In this document: positions 1 through 12,993 of the stretch, in pieces
Position numbering within the stretch: position 1 is the first letter of the stretch
How the letters are laid out: each line of letters begins with the position of its first letter
Assembly (NCBI GenBank): GCA_964016885.1
Contig: OZ024743.1
Location: 81,406,001-81,470,000, forward strand
DNA length: 64,000 nucleotides
Source: Eledone cirrhosa
Lineage: Eukaryota
Reading direction: 5' to 3'
Position numbers and translations under genes: made by a program
Notes under the pieces: generated by a model
Seen by the model: only the letters and a program-made list of their open reading frames with translations
What the model was told of the DNA's origin: nothing
The model's database searches: none

Positions 1-534
1 AGAAGAAAGGAGACAAAGCATACACAGTAGATCAGACTTGTGAAAATTAAGCGTCTGGAGCCCTCATGAAAAATTATAGATCAATGACTCTAACAAATAT
101 TTCTTTGGAGGAGAACTATGTATCTCGTTTCAATGTTTGTAATAGAGTGAACGCCGTTTAATACATTTACCTAAAAAGTAACTGTGATTAAAAAAGTGAA
201 CCAAAATCTGAAGCCTGGATATCTAGCGCCTGGGGTTTGCTCGCTAATGTTAAGTGCCACATTCTCCCAAATAAAATAAATTCATCTTACAGTTTAGTAC
301 GCTGACAAAATTATTTGACACTTTTTTGCTCTAGACACACTAAAACATTATCAAGCTTGCATTTTCTAGTACAGAGTATACCCTCGTCAACATCAAATCA
401 TGTGACAGGAGATAACACCATACGGTCCACTCTACCACCATGAGTATTTCCAGAATGTTGCTACGTGGTAAAGGTGTTTAGTAATGTATTTTCTAATCGT
501 AGGAAATTATTATATATTGAATTTAAATATACAA

Positions 535-675
535 CAATCATGGGCAAACTGCGACCCGTTTTGGCTATTTGAATGGCACGGCGAATTTCAAAATTGACTT
601 GAATTGTTTTGTAGAGTAGCCTGCCTTATGATGAGCCTATGCGGCCTACTGCTCGAAAAATGTTGGCCATACCTG
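535..675. mobile_element. hAT (Charlie/MER30-like) MITE, degraded
   Basis: Imperfect TIRs CAATCATGGGCAAAC / GTTGGCCATACCTG, internal tgcg(a/g)ccc motifs, and 8-bp flanks atatacaa / ctctacaa matching 6/8 as a candidate TSD. Confidence 0.6.
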
Positions 676-819
676 CTCTACAAATTTGTACGAAAATGTG
701 GTATTTTATAGTTCAGTGGGTTCCCCTGGAAACTATAATTGTAGGGCCGGGATGCCCCTACTACACACGAAGTCGTCGTTGGGGATAAACTGTCTTTTAC
801 GGTTAATGCTTTAATTTCG

Positions 820-1120
820 AGTGTTCAGTTCACGATCGTAAGGTTATGAGTTCGATTCCCAGCGGCGTAATACGTCCTTCAACAAGACTTCATTTCAAGT
901 TTTTCTATTTTATCAGCTGCCAAAAATAAGTTTTACTTTTATCTAAAAAGACGAGTTTTATTACATACTGTGTCTGCGAGTATCTATGGAATGTTCAGCC
1001 ACTTACAGGTTAGTTCCATAAAGACGCTCCTGCATAGGAGAAACAACAACAATACATGTCGTTGCAATCGAGGGAAGTCCAACGCAGTGATGCTGACAAG
1101 TTTGATCGGTTACACCTACC
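820..1120 (+). mobile_element. Degraded tRNA-derived SINE (second family, V-domain-like)
   Basis: B-box-like gagttcgattccc followed by gtccttcaacaagact; related to minus-strand copies at ~43030 and ~53170. Confidence 0.4.
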
Positions 1121-1300
1121 ACACAGATCGTATAAAATCAATTTAGTCAAGACTAATTAATACGCAACTCTGAAAGATACAAAAGACAACAATCTTCAAA
1201 ATGGCTGACTAAAAACGTCTCTTTTTTTCACACTTTGTTTTTCTCTCGTTTTCCTCGTTCCTTCCTCTTCTCACTCTTTATCTTTCTATTTTATTTTATA

Positions 1301-1336
1301 TCTTCTGATGAAGGACTAGTATCCGAAATGTTAAGA
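1301..1336 (+). ncRNA. Minimal type I hammerhead motif in PLE terminal-repeat fragment
   Basis: tctt-CTGATGA-a-gga(ctagta)tcc-GAAA-tg-TT-aaga; stem I tctt/aaga; a homologous, more decayed copy at ~41310-41365 shares the downstream ctgctatttcaagYgttaaac. Confidence 0.55.
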
Positions 1337-1654
1337 CTCTCTCCCTGCTATTTCAAGCGTTAAACTAATATATTTCTTAAATGTACTCTGTCGTTTGCTT
1401 TGTTATTTCGGTTTAATTTCTACATACCTCTATATAATCACTTGCATTGCTAGATGTAGTAGTCAATTGTCCTTGGAATCATACTGAAAGTGGATAATCT
1501 ACTCATTAATCTGTCACACCCACATAGGAAGTCCCTAGCAAGATACGGCGACGCATTTACCCATAGTCACATACATACAAGTACATGCATGTATACATAA
1601 ATACATACATACATTTATACAAACGTACACGCATACATACATACATATATATAT

Positions 1655-1701
<47 letters not shown>

Positions 1702-1865
1702 GTTGAAAATGAACAAACAAAACCCAGGAGGCAATTTTACACAGTTATATTAGGTTGACGCTTGATGGAAGTGGGGGGAATATATATATAGTTGTTACAC
1801 TTTTAAAACTAGTGAATCATTATTCAACAGCAAACTTAAAGAGAGTATATCTATATATGCGCGCG

Positions 1866-1926
<61 letters not shown>

Positions 1927-2237
1927 AAACATAAACACGTGTTAATTTAAATCAAGCAATACCTCGTTTCACGTGCCACTTAATAATATGAGTAGGTTGA
2001 GATGACGTGAATGACTCATTTCAATTTACAGGTTTTACATCCACTGAACAGTTGAGTTCAGTTCTTACACAGAAATACTTTCACTGTCAAATGTTAAGGC
2101 AGTTGATCTTCAAACATTTGAGCCCGTCGTGCGTGACCCGATTAAGGAATTACATGAAAACCTCGCAACGTATGACTCCGCTCAAGTGATTTTCAATATA
2201 GTTGTCATGAATATATTGTAAGTAATCGGCTGACTAA

Positions 2238-2390
2238 GACGGCGAATTGGTAGAATCGGTAGAGCATCGTATTAAATATCTCACGGTATTTGTCTCGACT
2301 CAATGTGATCTGAGATCAAATCATACCAAGGCCAACTTTGAATTTCATCATTTCCATAAATAATGTACCAGTCCTGTACTGGGGTCGATT
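2238..2390 (+). mobile_element. tRNA-derived SINE with Meta-like core, diverged
   Basis: ggcgaattggtagaatcggtagag A-box region, gagatcaaatc B-box-like, ttcatc...ataaataatgtaccagt core; homologous to 20915-21555. Confidence 0.7.
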
Positions 2391-2796
2391 TCTCATTTCG
2401 GCTATATTCAAATGGGTATCGATTCTCCCCCCCCCCTTTCTCCCTCTCTCTTTCTCTCTCTCTCTCTAGCAGAAATCCGCTGTGTTGAAATTCCCCACCC
2501 CGTTAGATCTAAATGACTAAAACAACAAATATAACAACGAAGAGAACGACGAGCGTGTTGTTGCTGTTGTTGTTGTTGAAGAAGAAGAAGAAGAAGAAGA
2601 AGAAGAAGAAGAAGAATGCAAGAAAATGAAATGTTTGTATATGTTATTTACCAAACAATTGGATTACAGGCGTCTATCTAGATGCATTGGGTAGAGACAA
2701 CAGTACCTATGTCTATACATAAACAGACTCTTTAACTGCTTAATGAACACAACCACAAGGGTATGGTCCGAACGTGGAAGAGTCGAACACCCATTG

Positions 2797-3000
2797 TCAT
2801 CGCCTCCATCTCTCTTGCCCTCCCCATCTCTCTGTATGGTGAGCAAATGGGGTCCCTCGTGCTGGCCGCCCCACAGCCCCGGCGGACAGAATGGAGAAGG
2901 CGTTTCCCCGGAGGATGACGAGGGAGATGTGCTGGAAAAGCCATTCCAGCTCGCGAAGGTCTAACCCGGGGCTGGCCAGCTTGGCGTCTATGGTGGTAAT
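2797..3000 (-). pseudogene. 3' fragment of a CRE-like (RLE) non-LTR retrotransposon
   Basis: A frame not in the ORF track reads ITTIDAKLASPGLDLRELEWLFQHISLVILRGNAFSILS, matching the FQRISxAxxRGNA C-terminus of CRE-clade RLE domains; (TTC)n/(AAC)n lies downstream at 2560-2615. Confidence 0.7.
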
Positions 3001-3126
3001 ATAAGAAAATGAGGGGTTTTTTTTTAAATGAAAAAAAAACGAGATCTCCTACACAGTGAAAGTATAAAGAAAAAAGATTAAATCGAAAATACAACTGGAG
3101 TCTTTTTAAGAATATTTATTTGTTTC

Positions 3127-3162
3127 CTTTACCGGTTTCACAGTTCTTATGCTTTTCAAAAG
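3127..3162 (-). ncRNA. Minimal hammerhead motif, U3-A8 variant
   Basis: Minus strand ctt-TTGAAAA-gca(taagaac)tgt-GAAA-ccgg-TA-aag, with palindromic stem III ACCGGT. Confidence 0.55.
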
Positions 3163-3202
3163 TAGAGTTGAGATGGAGGGTTTGTGGTTTTTCTCGCATC
3201 TA

Positions 3203-3268
<66 letters not shown>

Positions 3269-3269
<1 letters not shown>

Positions 3270-3434
3270 AGGAAGCTCCAACCGTTAAGGTTGTCTTTTT
3301 TCCGGGTATGCCAATATTTATTTATAAAACAAATCTGTATTTTATCTGATGAAAGCGCACCATAATTTGCCTTAGTTGCCCTTGACATATGTATAATAAA
3401 ATAAATATGGTTTTATAAATATAGTTTTCATTTA

Positions 3435-3440
<6 letters not shown>
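3269..3440 (+). mobile_element. PLE terminal-repeat family B fragment with decayed hammerhead
   Basis: Homologous to 45395-45570 and 58295-58467; CTGATGA-aagcgca...tgccctt-GACA; (TA)n on both sides. Confidence 0.65.
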
Positions 3441-3502
<62 letters not shown>

Positions 3503-3536
3503 GCAACCACGCAGTATTCCTCTCCCCTTGTTTTTC

Positions 3537-3598
<62 letters not shown>

Positions 3599-3705
3599 AT
3601 ATAATTATAGATGTACCCTTTCATTAATATGTTGTTCACGTTTGTTTCCACAACAGATTATCAACAAACTAAACTGTTGTTGTTGGCATTCCTTTCTTTA
3701 TTGTG

Positions 3706-4978
3706 ATGTTGTTGTTGTTACTGTTGATGTTGTTGTTGTTGTTGTTACTGTTGCTGTTGTTGTTGCTGTTGTTGTTGTTATTGTTACTGTTGCTGTTGTT
3801 GTTGTTACTGTTGCTGTTGTTGTTGTTGCTGTTGATGTTGTTGTTGTTACTGTTGCTGTTGTTGTTGTTACTGTTGCTGTTGTTGTTGTTGCTGTTGATG
3901 TTGTTGTTGTTACTGTTGCTGTTGTTGGTGTTACTGTTGCTGTTGTTGTTGTTACTGTTGCTGCTGTTGTTGTTACTGTTGCTGTTGTTGTTGTTACTGT
4001 TGCTGTTGTTGTTGTTACTGTTGCTGCTGTTGTTGTTACTGTTGCTGTTGTTGTTGTTACTGTTGCTGGTGTTGTTGTTACTGTTGCTGGTGTTGTTGTT
4101 ACTGTTGCTGTTGTTGTTACTGTTGCTGTTGTTGTTACTGTTGCTGTTGTTGTTACTGTTGCTGTTGTTGTTGTTACTGTTGCTGGTGTTGTTGTTACTG
4201 TTGCTGTTGTTGTTACTGTTGCTGGTGTTGTTGTTACTGTTGCTGTTGTTGTTACTGTTGCTGTTGTTGTTACTGTTGCTGTTGTTGTTACTGTTGCTGT
4301 TGTTGTTACTGTTGCTGTTGTTGTTGTTACTGTTGCTGGTGTTGTTGTTACTGTTGCTGTTGTTGTTACTGTTGCTGTTGTTGTTACTGTTGCTGTTGTT
4401 GTTACTGTTGCTGTTGTTGTTGTTACTGTTGTTGTTGTTACTGTTGCTGTTGTTGTTACTGTTGCTGTTGTTGTTGTTACTGTTGCTGTTGTTGTTGTTA
4501 CTGTTGATGTTGTTGTTGTTACTGTTGTTGTTGTTGTTGTTACTGTTGCTGTTGTTGTTGTTACTGTTGTTGTTGTTACTGTTGCTGTTGTTGTTACTGT
4601 TGCTGTTGTTGTTACTGTTGCTGTTGTTGTTGTTACTGTTGCTGTTGTTGTTGTTACTGTTGCTGTTGTTGTTGTTACTGTTGATGTTGTTGTTGTTACT
4701 GTTGATGTTGTTGTTGTTACTGTTGTTGTTGTTGTTGTTACTGTTGCTGTTGTTGTTGTTACTGTTGTTGTTGTTACTGTTGCTGTTGTTGTTACTGTTG
4801 CTGTTGTTGTTACTGTTGCTGTTGTTGTTGTTACTGTTGCTGTTGTTGTTGTTACTGTTGCTGTTGTTGTTGTTACTGTTGATGTTGTTGTTGTTACTGT
4901 TGCTGTTGTTGTTGTTACTGTTGATGTTGTTGTTGTTACTGTTGCTGTTGTTGTTACTGTTGATGTTGTTGTCGTTGC

Positions 4979-5010
<32 letters not shown>

Positions 5011-5035
5011 ATGTTGCTGTTGCTGTTGTTGTTAC

Positions 5036-5084
<49 letters not shown>

Positions 5085-5143
5085 GCTGTTGCTGTTGTTG
5101 TTACTGTTGATGTTGTTGTTGTTGCTGTTGCTGTTGTTGTTAC

Positions 5144-5198
<55 letters not shown>

Positions 5199-5455
5199 AC
5201 TGTTGATGTTGTTGTTGTTGTTGCTGTTGCTGTTGTTACAGTTGTTGTCATTGTTGTTGTTGTTGTTACAGTTGTTGTCATTGTTGTTGTTGCTGGTGTT
5301 AATGTTTCTACTGTTTTTGTTAATGATACTGTTGATGTTTTTGCTTCTGTTGCTGATGATCTTTGTTGTTATTGTTGTTGTTGTATTTGTTATTGCTGTT
5401 AATGTTGCTACTGTCACTGTTGCTGTCGTTGTTAATGACATTGTTGTTGTTGTTT
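3706..5455. repeat. ~1.75-kb compound (GTT)n array with ACT/GCT/GAT interruptions
   Basis: Visible units such as gttgttgttactgttgct (18-24 bp); source of the poly-V/L/T/N ORFs. Confidence 0.95.
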
Positions 5456-5575
5456 GTAGTCGGTTTACAGGATATATTTGGGGGTGTGGTTGATGCAGTC
5501 TGCTCTGAATGCAAATTTATTAAAGTTGACAAAATAAACACAGATCTATGTGTGATTACACACACCCGCTTCACT

Positions 5576-5660
<85 letters not shown>

Positions 5661-5967
5661 CCTCTCACACTCTCTCTCTCCCTCCCTATATATATATATA
5701 TATACCATCCTCTCTCCACATTCCATCATAGTTCTAGTCTAAATACTCACTTTCCCACATTCTAATTTACTCTGCTTCATCTATTTCACATGTAATGTTT
5801 TCTAATTCCTATCAACAGACACCCATATGTAGGCGAACATACGGACTCATGCAGCAGTATATACACCAATTGTGTGACTGTTTCACTTTCAGTGTGTCTC
5901 CAGGTGCCGACACTGTATTTGTGTCTCTAAATGCATTGCCTGTAAATTCATATATACATTCATATAT

Positions 5968-6420
5968 CTTCTTCTTCTTCTTCTTCTTCTTCTTCTTCTT
6001 CTTCTTCTTCTTCTTCTTCTTCTTCTTCTTCTTCTTCTTCTTCTTCTTCTTCTTCTTCTTCTTCTTCTTCTTCTTCTTCAAACACTGCTTCCAGCGGGTC
6101 CTGTCAGAAGCTACCATTTCCAATTGATCCGACTGGATCCCCAAGCGAGACCAACGGAACTCACGGATGTTATCCAACCATCTTGCTCAGGGTCTACCTC
6201 TGGGTCTCATGCCTGTTGGTTTTGCCCGTAAAATCATTCCTGAGACATTCTAACCACATGTCCATAGTATCAGAGCTGTGATCTCTCAATTCGGAGAAGT
6301 AGTGGCTCTTCCTGGAGTCAGTCTCTGATCTCCGAGCTACACACTCTATCGAGTAACGTTACTCGGAGAACCGCAGTACTGCGTCAGTTACACCATTCTA
6401 TCATTAGAAGGACATTAAGT
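5968..6420 (-). mobile_element. RTE-clade LINE 3' fragment running into (AAG)n
   Basis: PRGRP...DNIREFRWSRLGIQSDQLEMVASDRTRWKQCL resembles the RTE C-terminus (GRP..W.D......A.DR..W); (CTT)n at 5968-6079. Confidence 0.7.
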
Positions 6421-6519
6421 ATAAAAGCCAAACTCGCTATCTTCAACTGTACCAAAGCTCATCGAAGGCCATGAATCTTGAGTATTAACCTAAATAATAA
6501 AACTTCCTTGAGCTTGCCT

Positions 6520-6642
6520 TGTCATGCTTGGGGAACCAGCCGGATCAATTGGTGACGGTTTCTTCTGACAGGACCCGCTGGGGGGAGTGTTTGAGGACAC
6601 TGGCCCCACGACCCTCTTACGAATATGTGGGTGAAGAAGAAG
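6520..6642 (+). mobile_element. Second copy of the same RTE 3' end in opposite orientation, with (GAA) tail
   Basis: gcttggggaaccagccggatcaattgg...tctgacaggacccgctgg matches the reverse complement of 6080-6150; ends gaagaagaaga. Confidence 0.7.
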
Positions 6643-6747
6643 ACCGAAATAATAAATTTACATATTTAAGATAAATATACGTTATGGTTCATCTGGTTCC
6701 TTACCACCATTCCTTTATATATATATATAATATATATATATATATAT

Positions 6748-6952
6748 AACGGAGAAGTTGTGGTAAGGAACCAGATGGACCATAACGCACCAGAGTACTC
6801 AATACTTAGGGTAGTAGAGGAGAGGGAAATAGGAAAAAGTAAGACCCCGACGGCAGAGCTCAAGCCGTTTCGACGGCTATTTCTGGACATGGTTTGAGTC
6901 CAGAAATAGCCGTCGAAACGGCTTGAGCTCTGCCGTCGGGGTCTTACTTTTT

Positions 6953-6957
<5 letters not shown>
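6748..6957 (-). mobile_element. Family A PLE-derived fold-back mini-element
   Basis: Perfect 60-bp inverted arms (6829-6888 / 6898-6957), 9-nt spacer, ~80-bp one-sided tail; same sequence as the termini of the PLE at 9190-10977; flanked by (TA)n. Confidence 0.85.
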
Positions 6958-7015
<58 letters not shown>

Positions 7016-7466
7016 GTGTGTGTGTATGTATGTGTGTATGTGTGCGTGTGTTTATAGTTTTAATTTTTATACTTTCAAGATCAATAATAAAGTATCATGC
7101 TATGATAGATTCTCGCTCACACACACCCACACAACACACATCTACACGCACACACACATCCACACATCCACACATACGCCCACACCCACACCCACACACC
7201 TACGCATCCACACCCACACATCCACACACACGCCCACACATCCACACACACACATACACACACACATACACACACACTTCTTGTAAACAGTCCTAACTGA
7301 ATCACTAAAAATTAGTCAATTTGAAATTTGAAAATGTAGCAGCCACAGTAGACATAACTACAATAATAGTTGACAGCGATAAATACTGGTGAAATAAAAT
7401 CGGTTAAATTCCATCTGGAAAGGGAGAAAATGGGCAATGACACATATAAGTGTTGGATTGTGAAGG

Positions 7467-7506
<40 letters not shown>

Positions 7507-7730
7507 TATATATATATATATACATCGTTGTTTTGTTGAATACATTTATTTGTAGGAAGGTTATGAGACAACAAACTTTTAGGTGCGGCTTATATATATA
7601 TATGTATATATATATATTTATATATATGTGAGTGTGTTTGTGTGTGTGTGTACATATATACATCACTGTATATATTTATATATATATATATATATTAGAA
7701 AGTGAGGTTTTTTCACAAATATAATATATA

Positions 7731-7810
<80 letters not shown>

Positions 7811-7891
7811 TTATATATATATATATATAAAGTTATGTGAATTATTTGATCAACCTACACTTTCTTCACTTAAATAATATATATCTATGTT

Positions 7892-7922
<31 letters not shown>

Positions 7923-7978
7923 GATGACATACTGTGTGCCTCTTGCTCATAATAATTTCTATACTTTTCATTTATATA

Positions 7979-8087
<109 letters not shown>

Positions 8088-8128
8088 ATTATTCAAATGA
8101 AGAAACTTGGTTGAGCAAACAATCCACC

Positions 8129-8168
<40 letters not shown>

Positions 8169-8694
8169 TCACACATATATATATGCTTGCATATATGTAT
8201 ATATATTTGTGTGTGTGTGTGTGTGTGTGAGTGTGTAGGTGTGTTCGTTTGTGTGTGTCTGTGAGTGTGTGTGTGTGTGTGTATGTATGTGTGTTAGAAA
8301 TGGCTGATGATAGAAGAGGGTAAATAAAGAGAATAAGAAGAAAGACCATAATTTGTATGGCAAGCTGGAGCAGCTGTTATGGAGAATATACCGATTGAAA
8401 TGTTTAAAAAGAGAAAATTGTGTGAAACTTATTTCTTCAAAGAGTTTTATATTAATGTGTGACTGTATAAGAAAGTTACCTCCTGTATATTTGTGGTGCG
8501 AAGCATGAATTTGACTTCTCTCTTTTTGTCTAGAACTTCTTTACACAAGCAAGTATATATATTCATATATTGCATAAATATATTCACATTCAGAAGATTT
8601 TGCTTAATCCACTTATTATACACAATGATGTATAGTATATAGTTGATATATGTATGTAAACATATACATATTAACTCTTTGCTATTATTATTTT

Positions 8695-8755
<61 letters not shown>

Positions 8756-8922
8756 TATATCTATGTGTGTGTTTGTGTGTGATTGTGTGTGTGTCTGTGT
8801 CTGTGTCTGTCTGTATGTATATATATATATATATATATACATACATTGTTGAAATGAACTAACAAATCACAGGAGGCAATTGTACACAGTTATATTAGGT
8901 TCACGCATATATATATATATGC

Positions 8923-8990
<68 letters not shown>

Positions 8991-9125
8991 TATTCATTTA
9001 TTACTTTAAATCGAGACAGGCAAACCATATTATTTTAAATTAGTATTTTCCAACCTAGCTAACTTGGTCATTTGCAATTGGCACATATGTATAGTTGTAT
9101 CAGTGTGTATCCCTCTCATATATTC

Positions 9126-9191
<66 letters not shown>

Positions 9192-10005
9192 CAAAGGAAT
9201 TGTGGTAAGGAACCAAATGGACCATAACGCACAAGAGTACTCAATACTTATGTTAGTAGTGTGGGAAATAGGAAAAAAATGACCCCGACGGCAGAGCTCA
9301 AGCCGTTTAGTCGACTATTTTAGGACTAAATTAGAATTTTTAGTCTGGTGAATAAATAGCCGAACTTTTCAAGGGGGTACTTTCTTATATGGGAAGATTG
9401 TAGTTGTCAAGAGGATTAGTTAAAATTTGTTGTAAACACAAATAAGTCTATCATGGCATTTGGTGGGAGGTAGGGGTGGCTGAACTTGCCTGTAGAGCAA
9501 TAGGAGGGTGTGGTGCGGTCAAGCGTTGAAAGTGATATGTATACATCAGATTCTAAGGATAGTGTATGAAGTGGAGGAGGGAGGTTATAGAATAGGTAAA
9601 TCGAAAGAGAGTAGGGGACAGTAAAAGATACTAGAAATAAATAAAAATATATATAAAATTAGATAGTGAGAAATGAATTAAAAAAATCACAATGCTATCT
9701 TACAATTACAGGTTAATAAGTTGAGAATAGATAAAACTTGTAGAAAATACAAAACTGATACAAACTTAAAGGGGTTTTAACACGTCTGCTATAAGTAGTT
9801 AGTAAAACGTAATCGGCCAATTCTATCGGGTGGGGAGGCTCGATGGGCTGCATCGGGGTGGGCGAAAGGGGAAAAACAGACGAGAAAGAAAACAGGGGGT
9901 GGAAGGAAGTGATAGGAAGGGAAAGGGGGAAGAAGAAGACAAAGAGGAATAGAAAAGAGATACATCTTCCTATGTAAGCTGGGGTTTCCCCTAACTTATT
10001 CGGCA

Positions 10006-10037
<32 letters not shown>

Positions 10038-10094
10038 TCAGCCCTTGTCTACCCACCCGGGTCGTTATAAAGTTTGAGGGCGAGGTAAGTCCCA

Positions 10095-10560
10095 CGTAAT
10101 CTGTGTTTGCATGCGGTTACCCGTTCTTGTTTAGGAGTTGGTCCTTTGAAAACAACATTTGTAATGTTTCCTCCGAGCATAAGTTACACGGACGGCGTCC
10201 TCCCGTGTAAGAGTTAGCTCTGGACAGTAAGCTCCAAGTGAGATTGTAGGTTATATTATTATCTTGGAGGTCCCAGATGTGGCCCGAAAGTGTAGTGGCA
10301 TGTCGCCGGACAGGGTTCGGAAAGTATGTCGGTGTTGGTAGAGCCGGGTCTTGAAGTCACACGCGGTTAATCCTATATAAGCTTTGTTGGAGGTGTCCGT
10401 CTTCACCTTGCACTGGTAGATCAAGTTACGTTCTCGGCATGTGTTGTTGAGGGAGCACGTAGATCTATTAGGGCAGTTACACCTCCTGGTCGGCTCTCCT
10501 CTGATGTCTAGGTTATTTCTTCCATAGGGGTTGAGTTTTTTGTTGTTTGAAGAGACGATG
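10095..10560 (-). pseudogene. PLE GIY-YIG endonuclease remnant (frameshifted)
   Basis: Manual translation: IVSSNNKKLN...CNCPNRSTCSLNNTCRERNLIYQCKV...AYIGLTACDFKTRLYQH / TTLSGHIWDLQ...CNLCSEE...LLNK. Confidence 0.9.
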
Positions 10561-10866
10561 TTTTGTGCGAAGTTATGTGTGGTGCTGTAGGAGGGTTTGA
10601 TGGTGTTTTTGTATCTTTTACTGTCCCCTACTCTCTTTCGATTTATCTATTCTATAACCTCCCTCCCCCACTTCATACACTATCCTTAGAATCTGATGTA
10701 TACATATCACTTTCAACGCTTGGCCGCTCCACTCACTCCCCTATTGTTCTACAGGCAAGTTCAGCCACCCCTACCTCCCACCAAATGCCATGATAGACTT
10801 ATTTGTGTTTACAACAAATGTTAACCAATCCTCTTGACAACTACAATCTTCCCATATAAGGAAGTA

Positions 10867-10961
10867 CCCCCTTGAAAATTTCGGCTATTTATTCACCAGA
10901 CTAAAAATTCTAATTTAGTCCTTAAATAGCCGTCGAAACGGCTTGAGCTCTGCCGTCGGGG
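10867..10961 (+). ncRNA. Type I hammerhead in family A pLTR (U3-A8 core, long stem II); sense copy at 9283-9376 minus
   Basis: cccc-TTGAAAA-ttt-cggctattt[gactaaa/tttagtc hairpin]aaatagccg-tc-GAAA-cggc(ttgagctct)gccg-TC-gggg. Confidence 0.7.
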
Positions 10962-12032
10962 TCATACTTTTTCCTATATATATATATATATTCAATTATT
11001 GAAATACGGCAATATAAAGATTGTACGTATGTGTACGAGTTTGTGGATTGATAGATACGTAAACCTCTCTTTCTCAGCATATGTGTGTGTGTGCGTGTGT
11101 ATGTGTTGATCTATATAGGTATACATGTGTGTGTGTGGGGGGGGGGGTCTGTGTGTATAGAGTTATAGTTATGCCCTGAAAGAGTCACACTGCCAATAAG
11201 TACACACGCACTGTATTGGTTACAATTCAGTTTTCTTTTATTATCTTAATAAGGTAACTAAACCATCCTCTAGTTGATTAATTAACCAATCGGATATCTT
11301 CCGAAATTCCAAATGTCTTTCAACACACAGTATGTAACGTCATCAATAAATGTTTACTCTCTGTGATTCATTTCTACTCCTACATGTTATCCAAATTAAT
11401 CCATCTTTTCTCATTGTTTCATTGGGTGTGATTCGACTAAAAGAGATCGATAAAATCAGTACTGGGATCAGTATGATCGACTACATCAAGCGATGCTCCG
11501 ACATGGCCACTGTCTAAAGACTTAAACCAGGAAAATAATAAAAGAATAAAAGAATGTTATCCTATGGATTCCCTAATATTGACACAGCTTCTCAACCATG
11601 AATATTTGGCCAACATCCAGATGTATTAGGTTTGAACGAAGTTATGGAAAGCTTTACTTTACACAGAAGAGAGAAAGGAATAAAGTATGTTAAACCTATA
11701 ATATACTTTACTGTGATTTATAATGGCGAGAGCGATGTATGTTATAAGTATAAATACAATGTTATGTCTTATGGTGATATATAGAGACATTGCAGTTAAT
11801 TTTAAGGAAATGTACGGAGTAAGAATAAGGTTTGATGGAGGAATGGAGGATACATAGCTGGAGAAGTATCACATAAAATAGGAGAAAAGGTCTGAGAGAG
11901 AGGGAGAGAGAGAGAGAGAGCGAAGGGGAGTGTGAGAGAGGGGGAGATTGGAGGGAGAGAGAGAATGGGAGAGGGAATGATTGGAAAAGATTTCATATAG
12001 AGAATTTTGAAGTGAGGTTGAATGACAGGGTG

Positions 12033-12072
<40 letters not shown>

Positions 12073-12301
12073 AAGTGAGTTGACGGCATGGGGCGTATCA
12101 ACATAGCATTCGAAGGTTTATGTATGTATATATATGTATATATATATAAATATATATATACTTGTGTGTGTATATATATATACCATATATACCATATATA
12201 TCAGAGATATCAAATGGAATAGGAGTGAATGACCGAGAGAGAGAGAGAAGGAGAGAGAAAGAGAGAAAGAGAGAAGTCTTTCAACATTGTGAACGTAAGT
12301 T

Positions 12302-12373
<72 letters not shown>

Positions 12374-12395
12374 ATTATATATATATATGTATATA

Positions 12396-12548
<153 letters not shown>

Positions 12549-12728
12549 CACATATATATATATGAAAGAATGAATGCTGGACATCTATCAAAACAAGATC
12601 TCCATATGGATTACAGAGAGATTTATATCTCATTTTTAACCATATATGTGTGTGCGTGTGTGTGTTGCCGTCTCGATGTGTGCGTCTATACCTATATATA
12701 TATATATATATATAAATACATATATACG

Positions 12729-12764
<36 letters not shown>

Positions 12765-12850
12765 TACATATAAACTTGTTTGTGTGTATGCATAAGCAAA
12801 TATATGTATGTGTGAATATATATATATAAATGCAGTGTATGTATATTGTA

Positions 12851-12993
<143 letters not shown>

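Larger units (their letters stand above)
9190..10977 (-). mobile_element. 5'-truncated Penelope-like element with inverted pseudo-LTR
   Basis: ~365-bp inverted repeats (~9268-9632 vs ~10611-10977) enclosing a GIY-YIG remnant; extra 3' tail 9190-9267; inserted in (TA)n. Confidence 0.9.

Noticed and set aside
2743-2964. Plus-strand 73-aa ORF as a host exon
   Set aside because: The opposite strand encodes a recognisable CRE-like motif that has a second copy in the window.
3501-5493. 500-630 aa ORFs, including a Thr-rich mucin-like frame
   Set aside because: A (GTT)n array is stop-free in several frames; no signal peptide, unique domain or splice evidence.
8340-8470. Possible PLE endonuclease C-terminus (IPIEMFKKRKLCETYF)
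   Set aside because: Too short and degraded to call by eye.
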